Assembly: GCA_049320885.1 (NCBI GenBank)
Contig: JBMORA010000025.1
Span: forward strand, 32,001 to 96,000
DNA length: 64,000 nt
Origin: Thermodesulfobacteriota bacterium
GTDB lineage: Bacteria > Desulfobacterota > Desulfobacteria > Desulfobacterales > SURF-7
Direction of reading: 5' to 3'
How positions within the stretch are numbered: position 1 is the stretch's first letter; each line of letters begins with the position of its first letter. The position numbers were made by a program, and so were the translations under genes. The notes beneath the pieces are model-generated. The model was not told the origin of the DNA and searched no databases. It was given only the letters and a program-made list of their open reading frames with translations. Of the stretch, positions 18,033 to 28,537 are shown piece by piece.

Positions 18033-19070
18033 ATGCTGATCGTCATGAGCAAAAACGCAAGCCAGGCCACCATCGACGCCGTGGTGGCCGCCATCGAAAA
18101 ACGGGGCTATGTGGCCCGCCCCATTGCCGGAGGGGACCGGGTCTCCATCGGCATCCTGCATAACAAGGGGTCGGTGGACGCCTCCCATTTCCAGGCCCTG
18201 CCCGGCGTCAAGGACATCATCCCCGTCACCCGCCCCTATAAACTCGTCAGCCGGGAAGTCCAGCCCCTCAATACCGTCATCCGGGTGGGCGACGCGGTCA
18301 TCGGTGAAGGCTCCCTGACCTTGATGGCCGGCCCCTGCGCCGTGGAAAGCGAATACCAGGTTATGACCATCGCCGAACAGGTCAAGAAGGCCGGCGCCTC
18401 CATTTTCCGGGCCGGCGCCTTCAAGCCGCGGACTTCGCCGTATTCCTTCCAGGGCCTGCGGGAAGAGGGGCTGAAAATTTTGGCCCAGGTCCGTGAACGT
18501 TTCGGCATGCCGGTCATCACCGAGGTCATGGATGATGAAACCTTCGGTCTGGTGGAAGCCTACGCCGACATCATCCAGATCGGCACGCGCAACATGCAGA
18601 ATTTTTCCCTGCTGCGGCGGGCCGGGAAATCCAGCAAACCCGTCATGCTGAAACGCGGGATGGCGGCCACCATTGATGAATGGCTCATGGCGGCGGAATA
18701 CATTCTGGAGGAAGGCAACACCCAGGTCATCCTGTGCGAGCGCGGGGTACGCACCTTCGTCAACCACAGCCGCAACACCCTGGATATATCCGCCATTCCG
18801 GTGGTCCGGCGGGAAAGTCACCTGCCCATCATGGTGGATCCCAGCCATGCGGCCGGCATCCGCGACCAGGTGCCGCCCCTGAGCCTGGCGGCGGTGGCCG
18901 CCGGCGCCCATGGGCTGATGGTGGAGGTGCACCACAAGCCCGAGGATGCCTTGAGCGACGGAGCCCAATCCCTGTATCCGGAACAGTTTGCATCCCTTTG
19001 CCGAAAAGTGGCGGCCATTTACCGTCTGTCTTCCGAAACCATGACCGCAACCGAGGAGAAAGTGCCGTGA
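18033..19070 (+). CDS. aroF: DAHP synthase, type I-beta with N-terminal regulatory domain
   Basis: AGPCAVES, FKPRTSPYSFQGL, QIGTRNMQNF, LCERG, DPSH. RBS ggagg. Confidence 0.95.
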   Translation: MLIVMSKNASQATIDAVVAAIEKRGYVARPIAGGDRVSIGILHNKGSVDASHFQALPGVKDIIPVTRPYKLVSREVQPLNTVIRVGDAVIGEGSLTLMAGPCAVESEYQVMTIAEQVKKAGASIFRAGAFKPRTSPYSFQGLREEGLKILAQVRERFGMPVITEVMDDETFGLVEAYADIIQIGTRNMQNFSLLRRAGKSSKPVMLKRGMAATIDEWLMAAEYILEEGNTQVILCERGVRTFVNHSRNTLDISAIPVVRRESHLPIMVDPSHAAGIRDQVPPLSLAAVAAGAHGLMVEVHHKPEDALSDGAQSLYPEQFASLCRKVAAIYRLSSETMTATEEKVP

Positions 19071-20110
19071 AATCCATCCGCATCGCAGGACGGAACGGTT
19101 CATCCGAAATCGTCATCGGGGAACAGCTGGCCAATGTCCGGCGCTATCTGCCGGAAGGCGACTGCATCATTATTTCCGATCCCAACCTGATCCGGCTCCA
19201 CGGCAGCCGGTTCCCCGATGCGGCCGTCATCCCCATCGGTCTGGGGGAGACCTGCAAGACCCTGGAAACCGTCCGACACATCTATGAAGAACTCATCCGT
19301 CTGTCCGCCGACCGGTCCACCTTCCTGCTCGGCATCGGCGGCGGCATCGTCTGCGACGTGACCGGCTTCGCGGCTTCCACCTTCATGCGCGGACTCCCCT
19401 TCGGCTTTGTCGCCACCACCCTGCTCGCCCAGGTGGACGCCAGCGTCGGCGGTAAAAACGGCGTCAATCTGGAAAATTACAAAAACATGATCGGGGTCTT
19501 CAACCAGCCCGAATTCGTGATCTGCGACCTGTCCCTGCTTCAAACCCTCCCGGAACGGGAACTCCGCTGCGGCCTCGCCGAAATCATCAAGCATGGCGCC
19601 ATCGCCGATCCGGAGCTGTTCGCCTTTCTGGAAACCAACCACGAAAAGGCCCTGGCCCTCGACCCCCGGGTGATGACCCGGCTGATATACGACTCGGTGG
19701 TCATCAAATCGAAAATCGTGAACCAGGACGAGACGGAAAGGGGTCACCGGCGCCTGCTGAATTTCGGCCACACCTTCGGCCATGCCCTGGAAAAAACCAC
19801 CGGCCGGCCCCACGGCGAAGCGGTGGCCCTGGGCATGGCGGCCGCCGCGGCCCTTTCCGTTGAAAAAAAACTTCTGTCCGGCCAGGAATCAGCGCGGCTG
19901 AACGCATTGATCGCGGCCTGCGGTCTTCCCAGCCGGTCGAAAACGGACCACCGGGCGTTGCTGGAAGCCCTGGGCAAGGATAAAAAGAAAGCCGGCGGAA
20001 GCATCCATTTCGTGCTGCTGAAAACCATCGGGGAAGCCCTGGTCCGAGAACTTCCCATGGAAGAACTGGAGCGTTTCCTGCGGTCGTTCGCGGGTGCCGC
20101 ATGGGACTGA
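19067..20110 (+). CDS. aroB: 3-dehydroquinate synthase
   Basis: GGGIVCDVTGF, TTLLAQVDASVGGKNG, LNFGHTFGHALE, HGEAV. GTG start overlaps the aroF stop. Confidence 0.95.
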   Translation: MKSIRIAGRNGSSEIVIGEQLANVRRYLPEGDCIIISDPNLIRLHGSRFPDAAVIPIGLGETCKTLETVRHIYEELIRLSADRSTFLLGIGGGIVCDVTGFAASTFMRGLPFGFVATTLLAQVDASVGGKNGVNLENYKNMIGVFNQPEFVICDLSLLQTLPERELRCGLAEIIKHGAIADPELFAFLETNHEKALALDPRVMTRLIYDSVVIKSKIVNQDETERGHRRLLNFGHTFGHALEKTTGRPHGEAVALGMAAAAALSVEKKLLSGQESARLNALIAACGLPSRSKTDHRALLEALGKDKKKAGGSIHFVLLKTIGEALVRELPMEELERFLRSFAGAAWD

Positions 20111-20240
20111 CGGATCGTTCCGGCGTGTTTTTCGCCCTCCGGCCGGATTGGATCTTGAAATCGTTTCCTTTCCTTTGTATTCTGATGGCATATCGAATCC
20201 ATGGCCGACCGGGCGCCAACCGGTTACGCAAAGGAGGCAG

Positions 20241-21383
20241 ATGAAGATCGAACAACGGTTGTGGACCCCTGATCGCGGCTGGGAAAGCCCCTTGAATCCG
20301 GATCAGCCCCCGGCCCATCTGGTGCTGATCTTCGGCAGTGTCGTCAACCTGAAAAACCGGTCGCTGTTTGAGGAAATCCAGCGCGCCTATCCCCGGGCCG
20401 TCCTCTTCGGCTGCTCCACGGCCGGCGAAATCCGTTCAACCCGGGTCCTCGATGATTCCCTGGTGTTGACGGCCGTCCATTTCAACCATACCCGTCTGAA
20501 AAGCGCCGGCATCGTCATCGACAACATCGGTGACAGCCTCGCCGCGGGAGCGCACCTGGCCCAATCCATCGAAACCCGGGAATTGCGCCACGTGCTGGTC
20601 CTGTCCGACGGCCTGACGGTCAACGGCAGCGATCTGGTGAAGGGTCTCACCCGCCATCTGCCCGCGGATGTTTCGGTGACCGGCGGCCTGTCCGCCGACG
20701 GCGACCGCTTTTTGGAGACCCTTGTGGTCCTCAACGGTCCGGCGAAGCCGAAAACCATCGCCCTGGTGGGTTTTTACGGTGATCGGCTCTCCGTCGGATA
20801 CGGCTCCCTCGGCGGCTGGGATCCCTTCGGACCGGAAAGAACCATCACGAAATCCAGGGGCAACGTCCTGTACGAACTGGACGGAAAGTCCGCCCTGGAA
20901 TTGTACAAGAAATATCTGGGGGAGCACGCCGCCGGACTGCCGGCCACCGGACTGCTCTTTCCCTTGTGCCTGCGCACCAAAGAAGGCGGCCCGGGTCTGG
21001 TGCGCACGATTTTATCGGTGAATGAAGGCGACCAGAGCATGACCTTCGCGGGAGACCTTCCGGAAGGCGCCTATGCGCGGCTGATGAAGGCCAACTTCAA
21101 CCGGCTGGTGGAAGGCGCGGCCGGGGCGGCGGAAACGAGCTGCCGGCCCCTGTTCTCCGCCGGGCCGGAACTGGCCGTCCTGATCAGTTGTGTCGGCCGG
21201 AAAATGGTGCTGAAACAACGGATCGAAGAGGAAGTCGAGGCGGTTCGCGACATCACGGGGCCGGAAACCGTCCTGACGGGTTTTTATTCCTACGGCGAGA
21301 TATCCCCGTTCCGGCATGGCGCCGCCTGCGAACTCCATAACCAGACCATGACCATCACCGCCCTGTCGGAAGAAGACGGATGA
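20241..21383 (+). CDS. FIST signal-transduction domain protein
   Basis: GCSTAGEI, GGWDPFGPER.IT, ISCVGR, GFYSYGEI, LHNQTMT. RBS ggagg. Confidence 0.9.
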   Translation: MKIEQRLWTPDRGWESPLNPDQPPAHLVLIFGSVVNLKNRSLFEEIQRAYPRAVLFGCSTAGEIRSTRVLDDSLVLTAVHFNHTRLKSAGIVIDNIGDSLAAGAHLAQSIETRELRHVLVLSDGLTVNGSDLVKGLTRHLPADVSVTGGLSADGDRFLETLVVLNGPAKPKTIALVGFYGDRLSVGYGSLGGWDPFGPERTITKSRGNVLYELDGKSALELYKKYLGEHAAGLPATGLLFPLCLRTKEGGPGLVRTILSVNEGDQSMTFAGDLPEGAYARLMKANFNRLVEGAAGAAETSCRPLFSAGPELAVLISCVGRKMVLKQRIEEEVEAVRDITGPETVLTGFYSYGEISPFRHGAACELHNQTMTITALSEEDG

Positions 21384-23524
21384 AGCAGCTTCACTCCTTA
21401 TTGGTCCGGCAGCTGAAACGGCATTTCGGCGACCCCAGCCAGCTCCCCGACGACTGGAAGCCCTTTATCGAACTGGTGAATGAGGCCTACCGGGAATTCG
21501 ATGCCGATCGCGGCATGCTGGAACGCTCCCTGGAACTGAGTTCCCAGGAGCTGCTTCAGTCCAACTCCGAAATGCGGGCGGTCATCAAGGCCCTTCCGGA
21601 TCTGTTTCTCTGGCTGGACCGGGAAGGAACCATCCTGGACTGCAAGGAAGGCAGCACCACCAATCTGTTCCTTCCGGCCCATCAGCTGGTGGGCAAACGA
21701 ATCCAGAACATCCCCGACAAAAACACCGGTGAAAAATTCGGCGCGGCCGTGCGCAGGGTCCAGCAGGAAAAAACCATGATCAGCATGGAATATTCCCTGC
21801 TGCTGAACGGCAAACGGCATTTTTTCGAGTCCAGGCTCATCCCCCTCCTGGAAGATCAATGCCTGTGCATCGTCCGCAACATCACCGAAAGGAAGGAGAC
21901 CGAAGAGGCCCTGCGCCTGAGGGAGGAGCAATACCGGAAGCTCTACGAGGAGACCAAGAAGGCCGAGGAAGTTTACCGCTCCCTGATCCATTCCTCCGCG
22001 GACGCCATTATCCTGTACGACATGACGGGCCATGTCCGGTATGTCAGCCAGGTGTTCACCCAACTCTTCGGCTGGACTCTCGCGGAACTGGAGGGCCGGA
22101 AAATCCCTTTTGTTCCGGAATCCGAAGCCGATTCCACGGCCTTTCTCATCAAGGAGGTCGCCGGCAGGGGCAATCCGGTGCATGGATTCGAAACCCGGCG
22201 CCTGACCAGGGACGGCCGCATCCTGGAAGTCAGCGCCAGCGCCTCGCGTTTCAACGACCATGAAGGCAAGCCTGCCGGCACCCTGGTGGTCCTGCGGGAC
22301 ATAACGGAAAAAAAACGGCTGGCGGCCCATTTCCGCCAGGCGCAGAAAATGGAATCCATCGGCACCCTCGCGGGGGGAATCGCCCACGACTTCAACAATC
22401 TCCTTGCCGCCATCATGGGCTATACGGAAATGTCCCTGGCCGAGGCGCCCAAAAACAGCCGGATCGAAAAACGGCTCACCCGGGTGATGCAGGCCAGCGA
22501 ACGCGCCAGGGACCTGGTGAACCAGATTCTGACGTTCAGCCGACAGAAGGAACAGGTCAAAAAGCCGCTCCAGATCCGGCCCATCGTCAAGGAGGCCATG
22601 AAACTCCTGCGGGCCTCCATACCATCCGCCATCCAATTCCAGGTGGACATCGCCGAGGACACGGGTATCATCCTGGCCGATCCGACCCAGATCCACCAGC
22701 TGATCATGAACCTGTGCACCAACGCCGCTCACGCCATGCAGGAAAAAGGCGGGCTGCTCACCATCGGCATCCGGAATATCCGGATCGGCAAGGAAGATCT
22801 CCAGCCCCATTCCGACCTGACGGAAGGCGAATATGTCGGCTTGACGGTTGCCGATACCGGCCACGGAATGCCCCCCCACATTCTGGAAAAAATTTTCGAT
22901 CCCTACTTCACCACCAAAAAACACGGGGAAGGAACCGGGCTGGGACTTTCCCTGGTTCACGGCATCGTCAAGGGCATGGAAGGGTTCATCCGCGTTTCCA
23001 GCCAACCGTCCGCGGGCTCCATGTTCAGCGTGTTCATTCCGCGACTCGAAACCGATGAACCGGAAACCGTGGCGGAAGAGCCGGCTCTGCCCCTGGGCCA
23101 TGAAACCATTCTGCTGGTGGAAGACGAAGATTTTGTGCTGGATATATCGCGGGAGATCCTCGAAAGTCTCGGCTACACCGTGGTGGCCAGAATCAGCAGC
23201 CTGGACGCCCTGCAGGCCTTCCGGTCCCATCCGGAACGTTTCCAGCTGATCATCTCCGACCAGATGATGCCCAACATGACCGGGCTGGAGCTGGCTCTGA
23301 ATATCCGCAACGTCCATCCGACCATACCGGTTATCCTCTGCAGCGGATTCAGCGACAACATCACGGAAGAAAAAGTTCGGGAAGCCGGAATCTCCGCCTT
23401 CCTGCACAAACCGATTCTCAAGCAGGGACTTGCCGAAACCGTCCGCCGGGTTCTGGACAATTACTACCGTACCCTCGGTGGTCCGGGAGAAGAATGCGAT
23501 GGTGATGGTGACGAAAAACGTTGA
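21380..23524 (+). CDS. PAS hybrid histidine kinase coupled to the FIST gene
   Basis: N-terminal LHSLLVRQLKRH, 2 PAS, AHDFNN, GTGLGL, receiver. ATGA overlap with the FIST gene. Confidence 0.92.
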   Translation: MKQLHSLLVRQLKRHFGDPSQLPDDWKPFIELVNEAYREFDADRGMLERSLELSSQELLQSNSEMRAVIKALPDLFLWLDREGTILDCKEGSTTNLFLPAHQLVGKRIQNIPDKNTGEKFGAAVRRVQQEKTMISMEYSLLLNGKRHFFESRLIPLLEDQCLCIVRNITERKETEEALRLREEQYRKLYEETKKAEEVYRSLIHSSADAIILYDMTGHVRYVSQVFTQLFGWTLAELEGRKIPFVPESEADSTAFLIKEVAGRGNPVHGFETRRLTRDGRILEVSASASRFNDHEGKPAGTLVVLRDITEKKRLAAHFRQAQKMESIGTLAGGIAHDFNNLLAAIMGYTEMSLAEAPKNSRIEKRLTRVMQASERARDLVNQILTFSRQKEQVKKPLQIRPIVKEAMKLLRASIPSAIQFQVDIAEDTGIILADPTQIHQLIMNLCTNAAHAMQEKGGLLTIGIRNIRIGKEDLQPHSDLTEGEYVGLTVADTGHGMPPHILEKIFDPYFTTKKHGEGTGLGLSLVHGIVKGMEGFIRVSSQPSAGSMFSVFIPRLETDEPETVAEEPALPLGHETILLVEDEDFVLDISREILESLGYTVVARISSLDALQAFRSHPERFQLIISDQMMPNMTGLELALNIRNVHPTIPVILCSGFSDNITEEKVREAGISAFLHKPILKQGLAETVRRVLDNYYRTLGGPGEECDGDGDEKR

Positions 23525-23545
23525 TATCGTTTACAGGAGGATGTC

Positions 23546-24724
23546 ATGAGGAGGCGGGTACAATTGGCCGTTTTGTTCATGCCGTTGTTTTTTCTGGTTC
23601 TTGCGGCCGGCGCCGCTGAAAAAAAATTCCACCCCACAACGCCGGCTTCCAACCAGGGAGTTCCCTGGCGGATCGGCTACCTCGAAGGCGGGCCGTACGT
23701 GAATTATCCGGTCAACCTGCGGGCACTGGTCATGGCCCTGGCTGAAATGGGCTGGATGGAACCTCTCAAACTCCCCCCCCAGGCCGATGAAACCGATACC
23801 CGGCAACTCTGGGCCTGGCTCTCCCATAATGTAAAAAGCAGCTTCATCCGGTTCGTCCCGGACGCTTACTGGTCCAACGATTGGGATGACGCCCGCCGGA
23901 AGACCGTCAAGGACGAAGTCCTGCGGCGGCTCACCCGGGAAAAGGATATCGATCTGATGCTGGCCATGGGCACCAGGGCCGGTCAGGATCTGGCCAACAG
24001 CGATCACCATGTCGCAACCATCGTCATGTCTTCCAGCAACCCATTGGAATCCAATATCATCAAAAGCTACCAGGACTCCGGCCTGGATCATCTGAACGCC
24101 AGGGTGGACCCCACCCGCTATGAACGCCAGGTGCGGATTTTTCACGATATTTTCGGCTTCAAAAAACTGGGCATCGTTTACGAAACCGACACCCCGGAGG
24201 GCAGAACCTACGGCGCCATAGAAGACGTGAAGCGCGTCTCCCGGGAGCGGGGTTTCGAGGTCGTCGCCTGTCACGCCCCCTTTTCCAACGTTTCCCCGGA
24301 AGAGGCCAAAAAAGCTGTCCGGGACTGCATCGAAGGGCTGGCCCCCAAAATCGACGCCTTCTATTTCACCACCCACCGCGGCGTCACCGACGCCAACATG
24401 GAAAGGCTGCTGGCCCCCCTGTACGCCCGGCGGATTCCGACTTTTTCCCAGATGGGTTCCCATGAAGTCAAGTATGGGGTGCTCCTGAGCATCGCCCGTG
24501 CCGGATTCAAATACATCGGCCGTTTCCATGCGGAGACCATTGCCAGAATTTTCAACGGCGCCAAGCCCCGTGACCTGGAACAGATTTTTGAAGATCCGCC
24601 CCGGATCGCGATCAACCTGAAAGCCGCCCAGATCATCGGATACGACCCGGAGCTGGACATCCTGGGCTCCGCCGACGAGGTCTACGACACGATTGCAACG
24701 GTGAAGAAAACAGGCGCCGAATAA
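23546..24724 (+). CDS. Periplasmic substrate-binding protein (ABC_sub_bind-like)
   Basis: Signal peptide, RIGYLEGG, KKLGIVY, C-terminal IAINLKAA..IG. Confidence 0.8.
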   Translation: MRRRVQLAVLFMPLFFLVLAAGAAEKKFHPTTPASNQGVPWRIGYLEGGPYVNYPVNLRALVMALAEMGWMEPLKLPPQADETDTRQLWAWLSHNVKSSFIRFVPDAYWSNDWDDARRKTVKDEVLRRLTREKDIDLMLAMGTRAGQDLANSDHHVATIVMSSSNPLESNIIKSYQDSGLDHLNARVDPTRYERQVRIFHDIFGFKKLGIVYETDTPEGRTYGAIEDVKRVSRERGFEVVACHAPFSNVSPEEAKKAVRDCIEGLAPKIDAFYFTTHRGVTDANMERLLAPLYARRIPTFSQMGSHEVKYGVLLSIARAGFKYIGRFHAETIARIFNGAKPRDLEQIFEDPPRIAINLKAAQIIGYDPELDILGSADEVYDTIATVKKTGAE

Positions 24725-24764
24725 AATACCCGGGCCTTGCAGCCCACCTCAACCGGAGCGGATC

Positions 24765-25544
24765 ATGCAGGCAGTTCTTGAATCGGGCCATCTGGCGCTA
24801 ACCAATCCAGACGGTACTCGGGGGACCAGACCTTTTCACATGGCGATGCTGGAAGATCGGCACATTCCCGAAATCATGGCGCTGCAGGAGATCATTCTCG
24901 GCCGGCTGCGCCGCAAGGAAATGCTCCAACCCTTCTCCCTGGAATTCATGAAACGGCATGTGCGCGCCCAGGGCCGGATTTTCGGCGTCATCGTCGATGA
25001 ACGCGTCGTCGCCTTCCGCAACATCTTTTTTCCGGAACCGGAGGATACGGAATGGAATCTCGGCATCAATCTGGGATTTTCCCGGACCGACCTTGTGTCC
25101 GTGGTCAATTTTCAAATGGTCTGCGTCCACCCGGATTTCCGCGGCAACAACCTGGCCCTGCGGATGAATCTCCAGGCCCTGCGCTATCTCCGGGCAGCGC
25201 GGACCCACCGCCATGTCTGCGCCACCGTTTCGCCTTACAACTACTGGAATGTCCGGGTGTTGCTGGAAAGCGGCTTCGTCATCCGGAACATCAAGCCAAA
25301 ATACGGCGGCAAGCTGCGGTTCATTGTCTACCGGAACCTGGATGCCTCCCGGCCGGATGGAATCAACGAAGGCGTTGCCGTGATGATCGGCGATATTCCA
25401 CGGCAGGCGGAACTGCTGCAGGCCGGATTCTCCGGAATCGGAATCAACATGACGCCCGAGTTCCATATCGCCATGTCTTCCGATCCAATTTGGCATGGTC
25501 CGGAAATGTATAACGGCTGCGAGGTCGTATATGCGCGGGTATGA
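24765..25544 (+). CDS. GNAT family acetyltransferase
   Basis: VCVHPDFRGNNLA acetyl-CoA motif and ATVSPYNYWN...L..GF. Confidence 0.75.
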   Translation: MQAVLESGHLALTNPDGTRGTRPFHMAMLEDRHIPEIMALQEIILGRLRRKEMLQPFSLEFMKRHVRAQGRIFGVIVDERVVAFRNIFFPEPEDTEWNLGINLGFSRTDLVSVVNFQMVCVHPDFRGNNLALRMNLQALRYLRAARTHRHVCATVSPYNYWNVRVLLESGFVIRNIKPKYGGKLRFIVYRNLDASRPDGINEGVAVMIGDIPRQAELLQAGFSGIGINMTPEFHIAMSSDPIWHGPEMYNGCEVVYARV

Positions 25545-26466
25545 AAGCGGTCGTTGCGGGCCGGAAGAAACCCGCCCGGCGGATTTCAAGAAAAACCACC
25601 CGGGATTCAGCATCAAAATCGTGCTGCTGGTGTTCTCCATCATGGCCCTTTCCCAAACCATGGGTGCCTTGTTCAGCGCCCTTTCATTCGAGGAAGTCTA
25701 TCTCTCGGCCATGACTTCGAAATTCGAGATCCTCGGCAGGGACCTGAAGCGCAGAATCGAGCAGGCCGTGAAATTCGGCAAACGGCTGGACCGATTTGTC
25801 GGAATCGAAAAACTGACCGGCCCCATCCTCCGCCAGGCCGAAGACATCGAGGAAATTTTCATCGCCGGCAGCGACGGCCGGCTGCTGCATACCTCGAAAT
25901 CGTCTTCACTTACATCGGTCGCCGGGAATCGCCTCATCGATTCAGCCCTCCTGAAAGCGATTCCTTCCCAAACCGCTTCCGCCGCCGGCAGGCTGCAATT
26001 CCAGGACGGCAGATATTTTCTTTTATTCCCGATTTCGGCGGGCTACGGCGAACAGGACGGTTTCCTGGGATTGAGTTTTTCCCGCACCGCGCTGAATCAA
26101 AAAAAGCATGCCCTCCTGGGCCGGACTTTTATGAACCTCGGTTTTTCCGTGGTGCTGACCGCGGCGGCCCTGCTGCTCTTGATCGAATACGGTTTTTCCC
26201 GCCCCCTCATCCGCTGGAGCCGCGGTCTGATCCGGACGGCTGAAAACACCGGAAGGTTCATGGCGGGGATGGATGCCGGTCCCGCCGAACTTCGGGGTCT
26301 CTGCGAAAAAATGGACTCCTATGTAATACAAACCGCTTCCGCACGGGAAGAATTGCTGTCCGCCATCGACGACATCGGCGCGACGCCGCATCTGCCCCCC
26401 CATGCGGAACAAGCTGTCCTGCGAATGAAACAACTCCTGGAGGAGAAAAGCCATGACGCGGATTAA
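25531..26466 (+). CDS. Two-TM membrane protein with periplasmic sensor-like domain
   Basis: TM, about 170-aa loop, TM, then a helical tail. Resembles the N-terminus of the downstream MFS fusion. Start uncertain. Confidence 0.65.
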   Translation: MRGYESGRCGPEETRPADFKKNHPGFSIKIVLLVFSIMALSQTMGALFSALSFEEVYLSAMTSKFEILGRDLKRRIEQAVKFGKRLDRFVGIEKLTGPILRQAEDIEEIFIAGSDGRLLHTSKSSSLTSVAGNRLIDSALLKAIPSQTASAAGRLQFQDGRYFLLFPISAGYGEQDGFLGLSFSRTALNQKKHALLGRTFMNLGFSVVLTAAALLLLIEYGFSRPLIRWSRGLIRTAENTGRFMAGMDAGPAELRGLCEKMDSYVIQTASAREELLSAIDDIGATPHLPPHAEQAVLRMKQLLEEKSHDAD

Positions 26467-28537
26467 CCTCAAATGGCGCATGCTCCTGATCGTTCTGGCG
26501 CTCACGATCCTTTCCCAGGGAATCTTTCTTTACGGAAACGTCCGCACATTTCAAGAGGCTTATCGGACGGAAACCGCGACCACCCTGCGGGCCGTGGGAA
26601 CCAACCTGCAAGAAAACCTGACGGATATTCTGAACAAGGGCATTCCGCTGCACAAATTCACGGGTATTCAGGCGCTTCTTACGGATATCCTGACCGAAGC
26701 CCCGCTCATCGGATATATCGCACTTTGCGACGCGGCCGGGAGCCTGGTTTATTATTGCGACCGGGAGATGTTTCTTCAAGAAGGGGCGGAACTCGGGAAA
26801 CACGGAAAAACGCCGGGCGCAGAAATGTCCCTGATTTTCGATCTGATCGACAACCGCAACCGCGCCCACGGAAAATTGATGCTCGCCATGGAGCCCCGCC
26901 ATACGGATCGGGCCGTCCGCGCCATCGCCCTGGACTCGGCCACCATCGCGCTCATCGCGGTTCTGGCGACCCTGGATCTGCTGTTTTTCTGCATCGCCTA
27001 CACCGTTCTCCTGCCGCTGAAAGAGGCCGAATCCGACATCGAACAGGTCTGCCGGAACCACACCCCGGAGATCGCCATCCGGCCGAGCGGCATTCCCTTC
27101 ACCGATTTGCTGCTGGATCATTTTAACCGCTATCGCCTTGGTTTTCAAAAACAATGGTCGGCCCTGACCCGGGCGGCCGCCCCCCTGGTCCCTCCCCGGT
27201 CCCATGCCGCCCGGGAAAATCCGGGCTCATCATCCGTCCCGGCCGCGGCCGCCAGGCTTGCCGGCGTTCTGACCCGGCAACCGTTTGTTGCAACGCGTTC
27301 CGCGACAGCCATGGGCGCCGCTCTGCCCGCTCTGATCCGGCCGGCTGTTTTTTTGTTCGTCTTTGCGGAATCCCTGAGCATCTCTTTTTTGCCGCTGTTC
27401 GCAAAGGATATCTACCAGCCCCTGGGAATGCTTTCCGAAAAACTGGTTCTGGGGTTGCCCATCAGCGCCTTCATGCTGACCACCGCCCTGAGCATGCCCC
27501 TGGGCGGGGCATGGTCCGACAGGTTCGGCCGCAACCGCACGTTCATCAGCGGCGCAATCATCAGCGCCATCGGCCTTTTCCTGAGCGGAACAGCCGGCCA
27601 CATCGCAGCCCTGATTGTTTACCGGGCCGTCACCGGCCTGGGGTTCGGCCTGGTATTCATGACGGCCCAGGGCTTTATCATCGACGCCACCAGCGCCGAC
27701 AACCGTGCGGAAGGCATGGCTGTTTTTCTGTCCGCCTTTTACGGCGGCACCCTCTGCGGATCGGGTATCGGCGGCATGCTCGCCGACCGGATCGGCTTCC
27801 GGGCGCTTTTTCATGCAGGCGCCCTGATCGCACTGGCGGCCGCCTTTTTCGTCCACCGGTTCACACCGGAAACCCGCTCCGGCCAATCCGCCGGCAGCGA
27901 AACGGGGCCGGATGCATCCCAGGGGAAACGTCGGCCCTTCGGAACGCTTACCGAACTATTGAAAGACCGTCAATTCGCGCTGTTGACCCTCCTCCAAAGC
28001 ATCCCCAACAAAATCTGTCTGATCGGATTCGTTTACTATCTGGCGCCTCTCTGGCTGAAAGCCATGGGCAATTCACAATCCGACACCGGCCGCTATATTA
28101 TGGGATACAGCCTCTGCATGATTCTGTTCAGTCAGGCCTTGTCCCGCTGGAGCGACCGCCGCGGCCATCCCAAACCGTTCATCGTGGCGGGGGGGATTCT
28201 TTCCGGATCGGCGCTGACCCTCTGCTATTTCCAACCAGGCACGGCCGCCATCGCCGTCGGCATTCTCCTTTTGGGAGTCGCCCACGCCCTGTCGGTCTCC
28301 AATCAGGCCAAACTGGCCTCGCATCTGCCCGTCATGCGCCGGGTGGGTATGGGACCGGGGATGGGTCTGTATCGCCAGACCGAAAGAATCGGCAACATCC
28401 TTGCCCCCCTGCTTCTGGGGTTGATGGCCACCCGCCTTGGATACGCCGGCTCACTGGCCCTGCTGGGCGTCTTCACCATGCTGGCAAGCGTTCTTTTCGC
28501 TCTTGTATACGAAACCAACCAGGAGTCACCGACATGA
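26453..28537 (+). CDS. MFS transporter fused to an N-terminal periplasmic sensor-like domain
   Basis: About 290-aa N-terminal extension with 2 TM helices, then an MFS body with motif A GAWSDRFGRNR and SRWSDRRG. Confidence 0.85.
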   Translation: MTRINLKWRMLLIVLALTILSQGIFLYGNVRTFQEAYRTETATTLRAVGTNLQENLTDILNKGIPLHKFTGIQALLTDILTEAPLIGYIALCDAAGSLVYYCDREMFLQEGAELGKHGKTPGAEMSLIFDLIDNRNRAHGKLMLAMEPRHTDRAVRAIALDSATIALIAVLATLDLLFFCIAYTVLLPLKEAESDIEQVCRNHTPEIAIRPSGIPFTDLLLDHFNRYRLGFQKQWSALTRAAAPLVPPRSHAARENPGSSSVPAAAARLAGVLTRQPFVATRSATAMGAALPALIRPAVFLFVFAESLSISFLPLFAKDIYQPLGMLSEKLVLGLPISAFMLTTALSMPLGGAWSDRFGRNRTFISGAIISAIGLFLSGTAGHIAALIVYRAVTGLGFGLVFMTAQGFIIDATSADNRAEGMAVFLSAFYGGTLCGSGIGGMLADRIGFRALFHAGALIALAAAFFVHRFTPETRSGQSAGSETGPDASQGKRRPFGTLTELLKDRQFALLTLLQSIPNKICLIGFVYYLAPLWLKAMGNSQSDTGRYIMGYSLCMILFSQALSRWSDRRGHPKPFIVAGGILSGSALTLCYFQPGTAAIAVGILLLGVAHALSVSNQAKLASHLPVMRRVGMGPGMGLYRQTERIGNILAPLLLGLMATRLGYAGSLALLGVFTMLASVLFALVYETNQESPT

